Origin: an uncultured Acidobacteriota bacterium
Lineage (GTDB): Bacteria; Acidobacteriota; Thermoanaerobaculia; Multivoradales; UBA5704
Assembly (NCBI GenBank): GCA_963770895.1
Contig: CAVYRF010000002.1
Span: 2,592,001-2,656,000, forward strand
Direction of reading: 5' to 3'
Length of the DNA: 64,000 nt
Shown: one piece after another, positions 51,603-60,748 of the stretch
Position numbering within the stretch: position 1 is the first letter of the stretch
Layout: every line of letters begins with the position of its first letter
The notes under the pieces: generated by a model
Told to the model about the DNA's origin: nothing
Database searches by the model: none
Seen by the model: the letters and a program-made list of their open reading frames with translations, nothing else
Position numbers and translations under genes: made by a program

Positions 51603-52103
51603 ATGACCGCGCGCCGCCCGCTCACCCGCCTCGCCCTGGCTCTGATCGTCCCGGCAGCTCTCGCCGGTCTGATGGCCGTGCCGCTCGCCCCGGTCCTGGG
51701 CGGTGGTCGTCTGGCGGCGCAGGAGCTCCACCTGAGCGGCCTTGCCGGCGAAACCCTGGACGACAGCGACCTGGCGCATGGCACCTTCATCATCGTCGCC
51801 TGGGCCTCGTGGTCGCCCCGTTCGCGCGACATGGTCGCCAAGGTCAAGCCGCTCGCCAGCCACTGGAGCGGACGCGCGCGGGTGGTGACCCTGGATTTCG
51901 AAGAGGAGCGCCCGGCGGTGGTCGCCTTCCTCGCCGGCAAGGACCTGGGAGTCCCCGTCTTTCTCGACGCGGACGGCCTGTTCTCGAAGAAGTACGCGAT
52001 TGCGACGCTGCCCGGTCTGCTGGTCGTCAAGGACGGCAAGGTCGCCTATCGCGGCAAGCTCCCCGACGACCCCGATCCGATCATCACCCAAGCACTCCAT
52101 TAG
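51603..52103 (+). CDS. Exported TlpA-like thioredoxin-fold protein lacking CxxC (SxxS)
   Basis: Signal/TM; WASWSPRS at the WAxWCxxC position; cis-Pro loop TLP; no Cys in the protein. Confidence 0.8.
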   Translation: MTARRPLTRLALALIVPAALAGLMAVPLAPVLGGGRLAAQELHLSGLAGETLDDSDLAHGTFIIVAWASWSPRSRDMVAKVKPLASHWSGRARVVTLDFEEERPAVVAFLAGKDLGVPVFLDADGLFSKKYAIATLPGLLVVKDGKVAYRGKLPDDPDPIITQALH

Positions 52104-52199
52104 ATAGATAGAGCCGCTCGGCTCCGTTGGTAGAGACCAGCCCCCGGTCCTCGACGTCTGGCGCGCGGGCGGCCGCGCCCCTGCCCTCCGTCGCCGCCG

Positions 52200-52250
52200 C
52201 CTGACCGCAGATGGCGGGACCGGGAGCGGCCCCGCCATCTGGATGTCAGG
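52200..52250. terminator. Long hairpin between convergent genes
   Basis: CAGATGGCGGG...CCCGCCATCTG (52208-52241) with outer CCTGAC/GTCAGG. Confidence 0.5.
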
Positions 52251-52280
52251 TGCTGCGGGGTCTGCCGAGGTGAGTCAGCC

Positions 52281-52436
52281 CTAGCAATAGCACTGGCTGA
52301 CGCCGCAGAACGACTTCATCACGGTGGTGGTGATGCCGCCCACGACGGCGCCCGCCTCCTGCTTGCTGAGCGCTCGCAGGGTCTCACGGTGCAGTTCGAA
52401 GCTCTGCCGTTTGTCCTTCTCGATCTGGCGTTTCAT
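52281..52436 (-). CDS. Putative RiPP (lanthipeptide-like) precursor peptide, 51 aa
   Basis: AAGGAG RBS; MKRQIEKDKRQSFELHRETLRALSKQEAGAVVGG / ITTTVMKSFCGVSQCYC; double-Gly site and Ser/Thr/Cys-rich core. Confidence 0.75.
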   Translation of the reverse strand: MKRQIEKDKRQSFELHRETLRALSKQEAGAVVGGITTTVMKSFCGVSQCYC

Positions 52437-52689
52437 CGGGTGACTCCTTGTGCGGCGCCTGCGGATCATGCCGGGGCACCAAAAGCAGGGGTGCCTGCCT
52501 GGCAACAGGCCGCGCCAGCCCTCATCCTCCTATCCTGAATCGAAGCAAGCACGCTGCTGCGCGCCGGGTGGATGGTTCCGTGTGTGCGATTCCTGTGTTA
52601 CGATCCGCGCCAATTTGCAAGCCGGATGGCAGAATGACGCTTTTCGGCAGGGCGCAGTCCTTTTGGGCTGTAGGAGGAGATCCGCCCGC

Positions 52690-54153
52690 ATGGAGCAAGA
52701 GAGCGTTCCGCTCGGCCCTCGTCTCGTTCGCCTCGCGGCGCCCCTCGTTCTTGCCCTGCTGGCAGCAGGCCTCCTGCTGGCCACCCGCCATCTCACCGCC
52801 ATTTCGTCGGACACTGCCGGCGATGCCGGCGCCGCCGGCATCCTGAGTGCCGCGAGCGCCGGTGCCTCCGGTACCGCTGGCGGGCTGGCCCACGCGGTCG
52901 GCCCGGTGCCGCGCTACAACCCCCGCGCAGTGCTGCCGACCGAAGCCAGCGCGCGGCTGGCGTTGGTGCGGGTGCCGGTCGAAAGCGTCCTGCGCCGTGG
53001 CGAAACGTTCGGTCAGGTGCTGAGCCGGTTCGGCGTCAGCGCCCAGGATGCGCACGCCGCGGTGGCGGAGCTGGCGGCCCACGTGTCGCCGCGCTCGTTG
53101 CGCATGGGCAATCGCTATGTGGCGCTCTTCAATCCTGATTCCACCCTGGCTTCGCTGCAATTCGACGTGGCGGGGGACGGCCGGTTGGCGATGCGCCGCG
53201 GCGCCGGCCAGGCCTGGCAGTTTGCCTGGGATCCCTGCCAGCGGAGCAGCGACCTGCGGGTGGTCCGCGGCGAGCTTGCCGCGGCCGACGGCTCGATCGA
53301 ATCGGCAATTCGCCGCGCCGGCGGCGCTCCGGGCCTGGCCTATCGCATGGCCGACGCCCTGCAATGGGACCTGGACTTCCACCGCGACCTGCGGCGCGGC
53401 GACCGCTTCCAGGTGCTGTACGAAGCGATGCAGGTGGACGGCAAACAGGAAGGGGTCGGCCGCATCGTCGCCCTGGTCTATGAGAACCGCGAACGGCGCC
53501 ACGAAGTCTACGGCTATGGCGACAGCGGCACCTTCTACGACGGCGAAGGGCGCCCGCTCCGCAAGATGTTCCTGCGTTCGCCGCTGCGCTTCACCCACGT
53601 CACGTCCGCGTTCTCGCAGAGCCGCTTCCACCCGGTGCTCAACGAATATCGGCCTCACTACGGCGTCGACTACAGTGCGCCGGTGGGGACGCCGGTCGAA
53701 GTCACCGCCAGCGGCGTGGTGATTGCCGCCGGCTGGGACGGCGGCGGCGGCAACGTGGTCAAGGTGCAGAACGGCCCCGACTACGTGACCGCCTATCTCC
53801 ACCTGTCGCGTTTTGCCCCCGGTGTCCACCCCGGAGCGCACGTGCGTCAGGGTGACGTCATCGCCTACACGGGCATGACCGGCCTGGCCACCGGACCCCA
53901 CCTGGACTATCGCGTGAAGTACCGCGGCAACTGGATCGACCCGCTGACCCTCAAGGGGGTGCGCGACGAGCCCATCTCGCGAGCCGCGCTGGCGTCCTTC
54001 CAATCGTGGCGCACCAGGCTGCGAACGGGCCTGGACAGCGGCGTGGTCCCCGCCGGCCTCAAGCTGCCGGCGCCGCGCCAGCCCGAAACGCGGCTCGCCG
54101 CGGCCGCCGGCGGCCACAACGCCGCCGCATCCGCCGGCGCCATCGCGCGTTGA
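52690..54153 (+). CDS. M23 family peptidoglycan DD-endopeptidase (MepM-like)
   Basis: AGGAGG RBS; N-terminal TM; FLRSPL, RFHPVL, HYGVDY (HxxxD), YLHLS, TGPHLDY. Confidence 0.93.
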   Translation: MEQESVPLGPRLVRLAAPLVLALLAAGLLLATRHLTAISSDTAGDAGAAGILSAASAGASGTAGGLAHAVGPVPRYNPRAVLPTEASARLALVRVPVESVLRRGETFGQVLSRFGVSAQDAHAAVAELAAHVSPRSLRMGNRYVALFNPDSTLASLQFDVAGDGRLAMRRGAGQAWQFAWDPCQRSSDLRVVRGELAAADGSIESAIRRAGGAPGLAYRMADALQWDLDFHRDLRRGDRFQVLYEAMQVDGKQEGVGRIVALVYENRERRHEVYGYGDSGTFYDGEGRPLRKMFLRSPLRFTHVTSAFSQSRFHPVLNEYRPHYGVDYSAPVGTPVEVTASGVVIAAGWDGGGGNVVKVQNGPDYVTAYLHLSRFAPGVHPGAHVRQGDVIAYTGMTGLATGPHLDYRVKYRGNWIDPLTLKGVRDEPISRAALASFQSWRTRLRTGLDSGVVPAGLKLPAPRQPETRLAAAAGGHNAAASAGAIAR

Positions 54154-54163
54154 GCCGTCGTCC

Positions 54164-55162
54164 GTGACCACCGCTCGCGCCTGGTGTCGCGTCGACCTGG
54201 CCGGCGGCACCCTGGACATCTGGCCGCTGGGCCTGCTGCACGGTGCCGCCGCGACGGTGAACGTCGCGATCGACGTCGCGGTCGAGGTGCGCGTCGAGCC
54301 CGCGGCCGAGCGCTACAGCGTGCGCCAGGGGGACGCGTTCGTTGCCGCCGATTCGCCGGCCGACCTGGCCGCGCAACCGGACGGGGCGCTGGTGGGGTTG
54401 GTGGCGGCGGCGCTGGACCTGCCGCCGCTGCTGGCGACACTGACCAGCGGCTCGCCGCGCGGCGGCGGCCTGGGGGCCTCGTCGGCGATGACGGTGGCGC
54501 TCATCGCCGCGGCGGACCGAGCCTTTGCCCTGCCGCACCGCACCACCGCCCAGTGCGTGCGCCTGGCGCGCGACCTGGAAGCGCGCCTGATGGCGTTGCC
54601 CACCGGCATCCAGGATCACTACGCCGCGCTGCTCGGCGGCGCCCTGGCGATCCACCATCGCGCCGGCGGCGAGCAGGTGCGCCGCCTGGACGTCGACCTG
54701 GCGGCCCTGGGCGACAGCCTGGTCGTCGTCTACACCGGACAGAGCCACTTTTCGGCTGGCCAGAACTGGCAGGTGGTGCGCGGCCGCCTGGACGGCGACG
54801 CCCAGGTCGCCACCCTGTTCGGCGGCATCGCCAAGGTGGCCGGCCAGGTCGAGGCGGCCCTCGCCGCGGGCGACCTGCCTGCCGTGGGCTCGCTGATGGA
54901 CGAAGAGTGGCGCCTGCGGCGGCAGCTCGCCGGCGGGATCTCGACCCCGACCATCGAGCGCCTGCTGGACCTGGCAGCGGACCTGGGAGCCTGGGGCGGC
55001 AAGACCTGCGGCGCCGGCGGCGGCGGCTGCCTGGCGCTGCTGTGCCCCCCCGACCGCAAGCCGCAGCTCGCCGCCGCCCTGACCGACGCCGGCGGCCAGA
55101 TCCTGGCCGCGCGCCCGGTCGCCACGCCGCTGGTCCTGCTACCCGGCGATCCGGGCCACTAG
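54164..55162 (+). CDS. GHMP family sugar kinase (HddA-like)
   Basis: RVDLAGGTLD, P.GGGLGASS, TGIQD, K.CGAGGGGC. Confidence 0.85.
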   Translation: MTTARAWCRVDLAGGTLDIWPLGLLHGAAATVNVAIDVAVEVRVEPAAERYSVRQGDAFVAADSPADLAAQPDGALVGLVAAALDLPPLLATLTSGSPRGGGLGASSAMTVALIAAADRAFALPHRTTAQCVRLARDLEARLMALPTGIQDHYAALLGGALAIHHRAGGEQVRRLDVDLAALGDSLVVVYTGQSHFSAGQNWQVVRGRLDGDAQVATLFGGIAKVAGQVEAALAAGDLPAVGSLMDEEWRLRRQLAGGISTPTIERLLDLAADLGAWGGKTCGAGGGGCLALLCPPDRKPQLAAALTDAGGQILAARPVATPLVLLPGDPGH

Positions 55163-55229
55163 ACGAGGAGGCGGTGGCGCGGCGGAGCGCCGGGCGCTGG
55201 ATGCGCCGGGCGCTACCAGCTGGGAGGTG

Positions 55230-55736
55230 CTATTGAGCCGGCCGGACGGTGGCGCGCGGTACGACGGCGCCGGCGCCAAGGCGGGGGGGACTGGACGGGC
55301 TGGTGTGGCCGGCGGCGCCACCGGGACCGGCGCCGAGCGCGGCGGTGATGCCGTTTGCCGGTGCGTGGGCGGCTGCCAGCGAGGATTCTTCGCTGCGGGT
55401 CTGCACCCGCTTGAAGGCGATGAAGTCTTCCACCTCACGCTGGGCGTCGCGCGGCAGGGCATTGAAATCCTGCACCAGCTGGACGTCGCGCGGGGTGATC
55501 GATTCTTGCGCCACGCCTTCGAAGAACTCACCGATGCTCATCTTGAATTCGGTGAGGATGCGGAACAGGGTGTCCAGGCTGACCCGATACTCCCCTTGTT
55601 CCATGCGGGAGAGATCGGACTGCTGGATGCCCAGGCGGGCGGAGAGCTCCACCTGCGTCAGCTTGTGTTCCTTGCGCAACTGCCGGATCTTGCGTCCTAC
55701 CAGCTGCACCTGACGGATCTTTTCGATAGTTGCCAT
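55230..55736 (-). CDS. XRE family HTH transcriptional regulator
   Basis: VGRKIRQLRKEHKLTQVELSARLGIQQSDLSRMEQGEYRVSLDTL. Confidence 0.92.
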   Translation of the reverse strand: MATIEKIRQVQLVGRKIRQLRKEHKLTQVELSARLGIQQSDLSRMEQGEYRVSLDTLFRILTEFKMSIGEFFEGVAQESITPRDVQLVQDFNALPRDAQREVEDFIAFKRVQTRSEESSLAAAHAPANGITAALGAGPGGAAGHTSPSSPPRLGAGAVVPRATVRPAQ

Positions 55737-55817
55737 GGCCGTGTCTTTTCGAGAGCCTGGTCGAGTACTGGAACCGAGTCGCTATGTCGCGCTGGCATGA
55801 GCCAATGCTTTCTCAGG

Positions 55818-55846
55818 ATACTAATCCCCCCGCCCCCGACTGTCAA
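55818..55846 (-). promoter_or_regulatory. Sigma-70 promoter of the XRE regulator
   Basis: TTGACA-N17-TAGTAT on the minus strand. Confidence 0.6.
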
Positions 55847-55942
55847 TCGCGTTGAACAGAGGGCGCACAGGGTGTTCCCTATATAGTGTCGGTCCGCCGC
55901 GGCATCGGGCCTGGCCGGCGCGACAGGAGGCTAGAACACACC

Positions 55943-56719
55943 TTGCGGCACCACCTTTTCCTGCTGCGGGAGCTGGTCAAGCGCGACTTTCAAGGGCGCT
56001 ACGCCGGGTCGCTCCTGGGCTTTGTCTGGTCGTTCGTACAGCCGCTGTGGCTGCTCCTGCTGTTCACCTTCGTGTTCTCCACCGTGCTCAAGGTGCGCGT
56101 CGTCGACCCGGCCAATCCGGGCGGCCACTTCGCGACTTTCCTGTTTGCCGGTCTGCTGCCATGGATCGCCCTGCAGGAAGGGGTCCTGCGCTCTTCGACC
56201 GCGATCACCGACAACGCGGTCCTGGTCAAGAAACTGCGCTTTCCGGCAGAGATCCTGGTGATGGCGGTGGTGCTGGCCGCCCTGCTCCACGAAGCCATCG
56301 CCGCCGTGGTCTTCCTGCTGGTCCTGGCGGTGCTCGGCGACCTGGCGTGGGGGGGGCTGCCGACGCTGCTCGTCGCGCTGCCGCTGCAGGCGCTCTTCAC
56401 CCTCGGCCTCGGACTGCTGCTGAGCGCCGTGCAGGTGTTCTTCCGCGACGTGGCGCAGATCCTGGGCATGTTGCTCACCGGATGGTTCTACCTGACGCCG
56501 ATCGTGTACTCGCTGGCGGCGGTGCCGGCGCGGCTGCGGCCGTGGATCGAGCTCAACCCGCTGACCCCCCTGGTGGAGCTCTACCGCCAGGCGTTCCTGC
56601 GCGGCAGCGTGACCCTGGTGCCGGGCACGGCGGGCCTGGCGGTTTCGGCCGTTGTGCTACTATCCGGCGGCTTTTGGCTGTTCCGGCGGCTCAAGATCGC
56701 CTTTGTCGATGAAATCTGA
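55943..56719 (+). CDS. wzm: ABC-2 polysaccharide export permease (Wzm/RfbA/TagG family)
   Basis: LVKRDFQGRYAGSLLG..W, LVKKLRFP, FFRDV, FYLTPIVY, NPL, FVDEI; TTG 55943 follows AGGAGG (alternative GTG 55886). Confidence 0.9.
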   Translation: MRHHLFLLRELVKRDFQGRYAGSLLGFVWSFVQPLWLLLLFTFVFSTVLKVRVVDPANPGGHFATFLFAGLLPWIALQEGVLRSSTAITDNAVLVKKLRFPAEILVMAVVLAALLHEAIAAVVFLLVLAVLGDLAWGGLPTLLVALPLQALFTLGLGLLLSAVQVFFRDVAQILGMLLTGWFYLTPIVYSLAAVPARLRPWIELNPLTPLVELYRQAFLRGSVTLVPGTAGLAVSAVVLLSGGFWLFRRLKIAFVDEI

Positions 56720-56922
56720 CGGGCGCCACACAAGCCAACGAAGGAAAAAACGACGAGTTCCTCGGCTTCTCCCACCACCACCAGCCGCTCGGCCGGATGC
56801 GCCTCAGGCGACACCCGGCGCCGGCACCAAGCGCATCCTTCCATAGACGCTGTCAGGGGGACATACGTAAGGAAGAGGGCTCGCCACGCCGGACCCGCCA
56901 CGGAGGTGTCAATTTGTTCTCG

Positions 56923-58752
56923 ATGAAACGCATCACGCAGCTGTTCCTGCTCGCCGCGCTGTGCCTGGCGCTGGCGTCGCCCGCTCCAGCCGGCGCCCAG
57001 GGCGCTCAACCCCAGCCCGCGGCGCCGCCTGCCGGCGCCGCCGCGCCGGCCGACGGTTCGGGCAGCGGTTCGGCCGCGGCACCGCCGGCCGCTCCGGCGG
57101 CCCCCGCGGGCTCCGGCGCCAACTGGCGGACCCAGCCTCTGGGCTCGGGCACGGCGCCACCGGCGCATCCGCTGAATCTGGTGCCGCAGCCGCCGGACGG
57201 CAAATGGCTGAAGGATGCGCAGGGCAGGTTTTACTACCTCGACAAGCTGCGCAAGGCGGAGGGCCAATATCGCCGCCTGGACGACCACACCGTGCGGACG
57301 GTCTGGGGCATCCCGATCGACGTTGCCAAGGAAGACGACAAGTACTTCTACTTCAAGGTGTACAAGATCGATCCCGCGGTCCAGTCGGTGAACGTGAACA
57401 AGCCGCCGACGGCCGACCAGCTGCAGAAGGTGGTGGACAGCTACAAAGTGGTGGACGTTCCCGAAAGCCATCGCCTGCATTTCGAGTCGATCAGCAAGGG
57501 GCTGCCCATCTCGGGGCAGTGGCGCGAAGGCTTCGTCCTGGCAGACATGAACGGCGACGGCCGCCTCGACATCGTGCATGGGCCGCCGCGCAAGGGCTTC
57601 AGCCCGCCGGTGATCTTCCTCAACGACGGCAAGGGCGGCTGGCGGCGCTGGAACGAAGCCAAGTTCGCGCCGTTCCCGTACGACTACGGCGATATCGCGG
57701 TGGCGGACCTCGACGGCGACGGCCATCCTGACCTGGTCCTCGCCATGCACCTCAAGGGCTTCACCGCGCTCCTGGGCGACGGCAAGGGCAATTTCACCCG
57801 CCGCTGGGACAAGGGGCTGGACTTCCTGCAGCCGGGCAAGGGCGCCGACGAAACCAACGTCTTTTCGTCCAAGACGGTCACCACGATCCATTGGAACAAG
57901 GACAAGCTGCCCGACATCCTGACCCTGGGCGAGGGACCGCGTCTCAACCTCTCGGCGATGCACGCCGGCGGCGGCTCGGTGCTGGCCGCCTCGCGCAGCT
58001 ACGGGCCGCTCCTCTACCTCAACCAGGGCGACGGCACCTGGAAACGCAAGGACTCGGGCACCGGTCGCGAGCAGGTGTTCGGCGACTCCGTCACCGTCGG
58101 CGACTTCAACGGCGACGGCCTGCCGGACTTCGCGGTGGGCAGCAACGTTCAGGGCCGGCGCGACCTGGTCTATCTCGGCCGCGCCGACGGCGGCTGGGAC
58201 AAGGCGGAGATCGACGTCAGGCCCAACGCGTACATCCGCGCCGTCGCCGCCGGCGATTTCGACCACGACGGCCTGTCCGACCTGGCGGTCGGCTACCTTG
58301 CTTACGAGGGTAACGTCTGGCGCTACGGCGTAGACATCTTCTTCGCCCGGCCCGGTGGCAAATGGGAGCGGCGCGCCCTGGCATTCAAGGAGGGGCGGGA
58401 CGGCATCAACGCCCTGGGAGTGGGCGACGTCGACGGCGATGGCAAGCTGGACCTGGTTGCCTTGACCGGCGACGGCGACACCTGGATCTTCCTGGGCGAC
58501 GGCAAGGGCGGCTTCACCCGCGAGGTGGGGGCCATCCCCAACTTCGGCGGCTGCGACGGCAGCCGGGTGCGGTTGGGGGATCTCGACGGCGACGGGCGTG
58601 ACGAGATCGTGTCGTCCTGGGCAAGCGAGTACTCTCCCATGTACACTCCTGACAAGTGCAAGACCGAGGGCGGTATCACGGCCTGGCACCTGGTACCGAA
58701 CAGCAGCGCCGCCGTTGTGACCGGGACGTCTCAGGGGAAGGGGAATCGATAA
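56923..58752 (+). CDS. Secreted FG-GAP/VCBS repeat (beta-propeller) protein
   Basis: Signal peptide; Pro/Ala linker; repeats DMNGDGRLDI, DLDGDGHPDL, DFNGDGLPDF, DFDHDGLSDL, DVDGDGKLDL, DLDGDGRDEI. Confidence 0.9.
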   Translation: MKRITQLFLLAALCLALASPAPAGAQGAQPQPAAPPAGAAAPADGSGSGSAAAPPAAPAAPAGSGANWRTQPLGSGTAPPAHPLNLVPQPPDGKWLKDAQGRFYYLDKLRKAEGQYRRLDDHTVRTVWGIPIDVAKEDDKYFYFKVYKIDPAVQSVNVNKPPTADQLQKVVDSYKVVDVPESHRLHFESISKGLPISGQWREGFVLADMNGDGRLDIVHGPPRKGFSPPVIFLNDGKGGWRRWNEAKFAPFPYDYGDIAVADLDGDGHPDLVLAMHLKGFTALLGDGKGNFTRRWDKGLDFLQPGKGADETNVFSSKTVTTIHWNKDKLPDILTLGEGPRLNLSAMHAGGGSVLAASRSYGPLLYLNQGDGTWKRKDSGTGREQVFGDSVTVGDFNGDGLPDFAVGSNVQGRRDLVYLGRADGGWDKAEIDVRPNAYIRAVAAGDFDHDGLSDLAVGYLAYEGNVWRYGVDIFFARPGGKWERRALAFKEGRDGINALGVGDVDGDGKLDLVALTGDGDTWIFLGDGKGGFTREVGAIPNFGGCDGSRVRLGDLDGDGRDEIVSSWASEYSPMYTPDKCKTEGGITAWHLVPNSSAAVVTGTSQGKGNR

Positions 58753-58828
58753 ATGTCCTTCCGGCATTTCGCAGCCTCTGCGGCACCGCGTCGTGGCGGG
58801 CGCCCACAAAGAAAATCACTTCCGGGCC

Positions 58829-58857
58829 TTGACAGGCTGGGACGGCATCCCTATAGT
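58829..58857 (+). promoter_or_regulatory. Near-consensus sigma-70 promoter
   Basis: TTGACA-N17-TATAGT preceded by an A-rich tract. Confidence 0.75.
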
Positions 58858-59113
58858 GCGAAAGCATAAAACCGGCTGACGAGGCTGGCGCCTCAAGCGA
58901 GACGCCGACTCCCGGTCGCGAAGAAGGCGCCGGATCGGCTGACGCAATCGCGACCAGGCGCCATAAATGTTGACTGTAGTTAGAGTTACATGGCTCTAAA
59001 CTTTAAACAGGAGGTGATGTTTCTTCCCGAGGAGAGTGGAGACGTCGGACGACTTGGATGGAAGTACTGCAACAGCGTCAGCAACACCTACCCTAGCTAG
59101 GAGATTGTCTGTC

Positions 59114-60406
59114 ATGAAGAAAACCGCACTGAGTCTTGCTCTCATGGGCCTGCTGGCCCTGGGCGGCCAGGCAGTTGCGACGATCTGCACCATCGATGCA
59201 GTGCCAGCAGCCACGCTGCTGCTGCCCTACTTCGAGGTGGATCTGAACAACCCGAACGGGTTGACCACGCTGTTCTCGGTCAACAACGCCTCGGCGACCG
59301 CGGTCCTGGTCCATGCCGTCATCTGGACCGACCTGTCGGTGCCCGTCCTCGACTTCAACATCTATCTGACCGGCTATGACGTTCAGTCGGTCAACCTGCG
59401 CGACATCATCATCAACGGCAACCTGCCGCAGACCGCCTCGGCGGGGCAGGACCCGACCGATACCATCAGCCCCAAGGGCAGCTTCTCGCAGGACATCAAC
59501 TTCGCCAGCTGCAACGGCGTACTGCCTCCGCCCCAGCTGCCGGCGGCCTACACCACCCACCTTCAGGAGTCGCTGACCGGTCTGCCGTCGGCGATTCTGG
59601 GCGGCAACTGCTCCGCCCAGGCGCTGGGTGACAACATCGCTCGCGGCTACATCACGATGGACACGGTCAACAACTGCACCCTGCGGTTCCCCGGCGACAC
59701 CGGCTACTTCGTGGCCGGCGGCACGGGCGACGTGACCAACCAGAACGTGCTGTGGGGCGACTGGTTCATCGTCAACTCGACCGAGAACTTTGCCGAGGGC
59801 GGCGACCTGGTGCACATCGAAGCGGATGCCACCAACCCGGCGACCTCGACCTCGGGCCGGTACACGTTCTACGGCCGGTACGACGCCTTCACCGCGATCG
59901 ATAACCGTGAGCCGCTGGCCACTACGTTTGCCACCCGTTTCCTCAACGGTGGCGGCTTCAACGGTGGCACCTCGCTGCTGGTGTGGCGTGACTCGAAGGT
60001 TGCCCAGGGTGCGTTCACCTGCCCGGTCGACCCGGGGGTCCGTCCGATCTGGTATCCGTTGGCTGAAGAAGGCCTGGTGATCTTCGACGAGCAGGAGCAT
60101 CCGGTCACGCCGACCACGATCCCGATCTCGCCGCCGCCGCCTACCACGACGCAGACGCCGTTCCCGGCGGAAACGCAGCGGACGGTTGTCGGTGGTCCGA
60201 ACCTGGCGGTGCCGTTCTCGTTCGGTTGGTTGTACCTCGACCTGAACGTGACCGAGCCGGTTGCGGCGCCTGGTTTGCCGCCGGTCGACCCGGCCGCGGC
60301 GCAGGCGTGGGTGGTTGCAACGTTGTCGCAGAACGGCCAGTACGCGGTCGGTATCGACGCGATCCGGCTTGACAGCGCTTGCGCCGCCAACCACTTCGTC
60401 CCCTAA
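59114..60406 (+). CDS. Secreted beta-rich protein of unknown function, candidate surface-layer protein (430 aa)
   Basis: AGGAG RBS; signal peptide MKKTALSLALMGLLALGGQAVA; CTIDAVPAATLLLPYFEVDL...VLDFNIYLTGYDV; Thr/Asn/Gly-rich, Lys-poor; six Cys. Confidence 0.8.
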   Translation: MKKTALSLALMGLLALGGQAVATICTIDAVPAATLLLPYFEVDLNNPNGLTTLFSVNNASATAVLVHAVIWTDLSVPVLDFNIYLTGYDVQSVNLRDIIINGNLPQTASAGQDPTDTISPKGSFSQDINFASCNGVLPPPQLPAAYTTHLQESLTGLPSAILGGNCSAQALGDNIARGYITMDTVNNCTLRFPGDTGYFVAGGTGDVTNQNVLWGDWFIVNSTENFAEGGDLVHIEADATNPATSTSGRYTFYGRYDAFTAIDNREPLATTFATRFLNGGGFNGGTSLLVWRDSKVAQGAFTCPVDPGVRPIWYPLAEEGLVIFDEQEHPVTPTTIPISPPPPTTTQTPFPAETQRTVVGGPNLAVPFSFGWLYLDLNVTEPVAAPGLPPVDPAAAQAWVVATLSQNGQYAVGIDAIRLDSACAANHFVP

Positions 60407-60423
60407 ACACCCTTCGGTGGGTA

Positions 60424-60451
60424 CCGGCCTCTCCCGCAAGGGAGAGGCCGG
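60424..60451 (+). terminator. Perfect 12-bp hairpin with GCAA tetraloop after the secreted-protein gene
   Basis: CCGGCCTCTCCC-GCAA-GGGAGAGGCCGG; no U-tract. Confidence 0.6.
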
Positions 60452-60748
60452 GCCCGCTGTCTCTCACGGGCCGATACCAAATCGGCTCTTGCAACCTGGT
60501 CCTCACCCCCCGGCCCCGGGAACCCATGGGTGGGTGCCAGATTGGAAGGGTCACCTCTCAGGCGGTCGAATGGCGGCAGGTTGTGCTGTGTTCGCGTCAG
60601 CCGTCTGGTGAGCAAGCGATTCGCAAGCTGTATTACTTGGTTCAGGCGTGCGCGCGGGCATGCTGGAAGCTGTCAACCGCGTTTCGCCGGCCGGTGGGTT
60701 CTCGCTGGGGTGCGAGCCACCGGATGGGGTCTTGATAGGAGCTGCGCC

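Noticed and set aside
58870-58930. CTGACGA as a hammerhead ribozyme core
   Set aside because: No GAAA following a stem II and no compatible stems I and III.
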